This document shows, in pieces, positions 63,216 through 64,000 of a stretch of DNA of 64,000 nucleotides. The stretch lies in contig CANHSL010000003.1 of the NCBI GenBank assembly GCA_947463385.1, positions 658-64,657 of the forward strand. Direction: 5' to 3'. Numbering within the stretch: the stretch's first letter is position 1; each line of letters opens with the position of its first letter. A program made the translations under genes and the position numbers. The stretch comes from Flavobacteriales bacterium (GTDB lineage Bacteria; Bacteroidota; Bacteroidia; Flavobacteriales_D; Crocinitomicaceae). Under the pieces are notes generated by a model that was not told the origin of the DNA, searched no databases, and saw nothing but the letters and a program-made list of their open reading frames with translations.

Positions 63216-64000
63216 AAACACTCGTTATTTCATTCAGTGTTATACTAACCATGTTCTTTAGTTCTTGCGCTCGGAAACATAATGTCGTTAATGTAAACAC
63301 CCCAGCAATTGAGTCCAATGACACCACATCCTTATTACCTGTTAAAAACAAATGGTTAGATAGTATTCATAATCAAACTTGGCGCTGGATGTATGGTAAA
63401 TATACCACGAGCTATGCTGATGGAAATAAAAAGTTCACCTTTAAAACGAGCTTAAAATGCACTAAAGATAGTGCCTTAAACGCACTCATTTCCTTTGCTT
63501 CTATACCCGTATTTAACGCACTGGCTACTACAGATAGCCTAATTTATGTAAACAAAAAAGACCGGTGTTATGGAAAAAAGAGCATCGCTTCATTTAAAGA
63601 CCTGCTTGGTGTTGAATTGTCCTTAAAAAACATCCAAGAGCTGTTTCTTGGACTGCCCTTAGGATATAATGATACGCTAGTTTACAAAGACAGTTTGAAC
63701 TTACGTGGTGACTCCTGCTATGTAAATGGTTTGGTGGTGGGTGACAAAACTATAGCATACTGCTATGCTTCAACTGTTAATGCTCCTCGCCTGGATTGGC
63801 AAGAAATCACAAGTAAAGAAGATGCTACGATAGCACGGGTGCAATATCTTTCATGGCAAAAACATAAAGACATGTTCATTCCTTCTAGCTTTATGATTGC
63901 CATTAAATCGAATGAACGGAACATAAATGTGCTGTTCGCGTACGATAAATTCGAATTAGACATTCCTCAAGAAATCTATCTTCAAATACCCGATGATTAT
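63212..64000 (+). CDS. DUF4292-like lipoprotein; 3' end runs off the window
   Basis: Not in the ORF track. ATG overlaps the TPR gene stop; MKTLVISFSVILTMFFSSC...KDS...DSLIYVNK...IQELFLG...IPDDY; dut-NTP transferase-TPR-DUF4292 order is typical of Bacteroidota. Confidence 0.75.
   Translation, partial: MKTLVISFSVILTMFFSSCARKHNVVNVNTPAIESNDTTSLLPVKNKWLDSIHNQTWRWMYGKYTTSYADGNKKFTFKTSLKCTKDSALNALISFASIPVFNALATTDSLIYVNKKDRCYGKKSIASFKDLLGVELSLKNIQELFLGLPLGYNDTLVYKDSLNLRGDSCYVNGLVVGDKTIAYCYASTVNAPRLDWQEITSKEDATIARVQYLSWQKHKDMFIPSSFMIAIKSNERNINVLFAYDKFELDIPQEIYLQIPDDY

Overview
Chromosomal window from a Bacteroidota (Flavobacteriales, probably Crocinitomicaceae/Fluviicola-like; inferred from SusC/SusD, T9SS cargo proteins, TAnnTTTG promoters and a short ATP synthase epsilon). 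The left 12 kb is a beta-1,3-glucan (laminarin-type) utilization locus: secreted CBM protein, GH3, GH16, PKD/CBM lipoprotein, SusD, SusC, NrtR-family regulator and sugar MFS transporter. Two near-identical GT-N7-AC palindromes there look like the regulator's operators. The rest is mostly compact housekeeping DNA: dxs, a heme-copper oxidase accessory cluster, icd, fumC, DEAD-box helicase, queA, kynA, murI, skp-skp-bamA-uppS, atpDC, rbfA, lepA, hflX, cobB, hemD, serS, dut, plus three more T9SS-secreted proteins. No integrase, transposase, CRISPR array or rRNA was seen. The most unusual region is the tRNA-Arg(UCG) locus (27.8-28.2 kb). Two copies of the tRNA 5' end sit upstream, with an antisense arm that can pair with either a decoy copy or the tRNA itself. 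A 19-bp duplicate of the 3' end sits downstream of a ~120-bp fold-back, and the tRNA has a swapped U19:A56 elbow pair. Both cytochrome oxidase subunit III paralogs carry large internally repeated insertions. All calls come from reading the sequence; no database searches were run.
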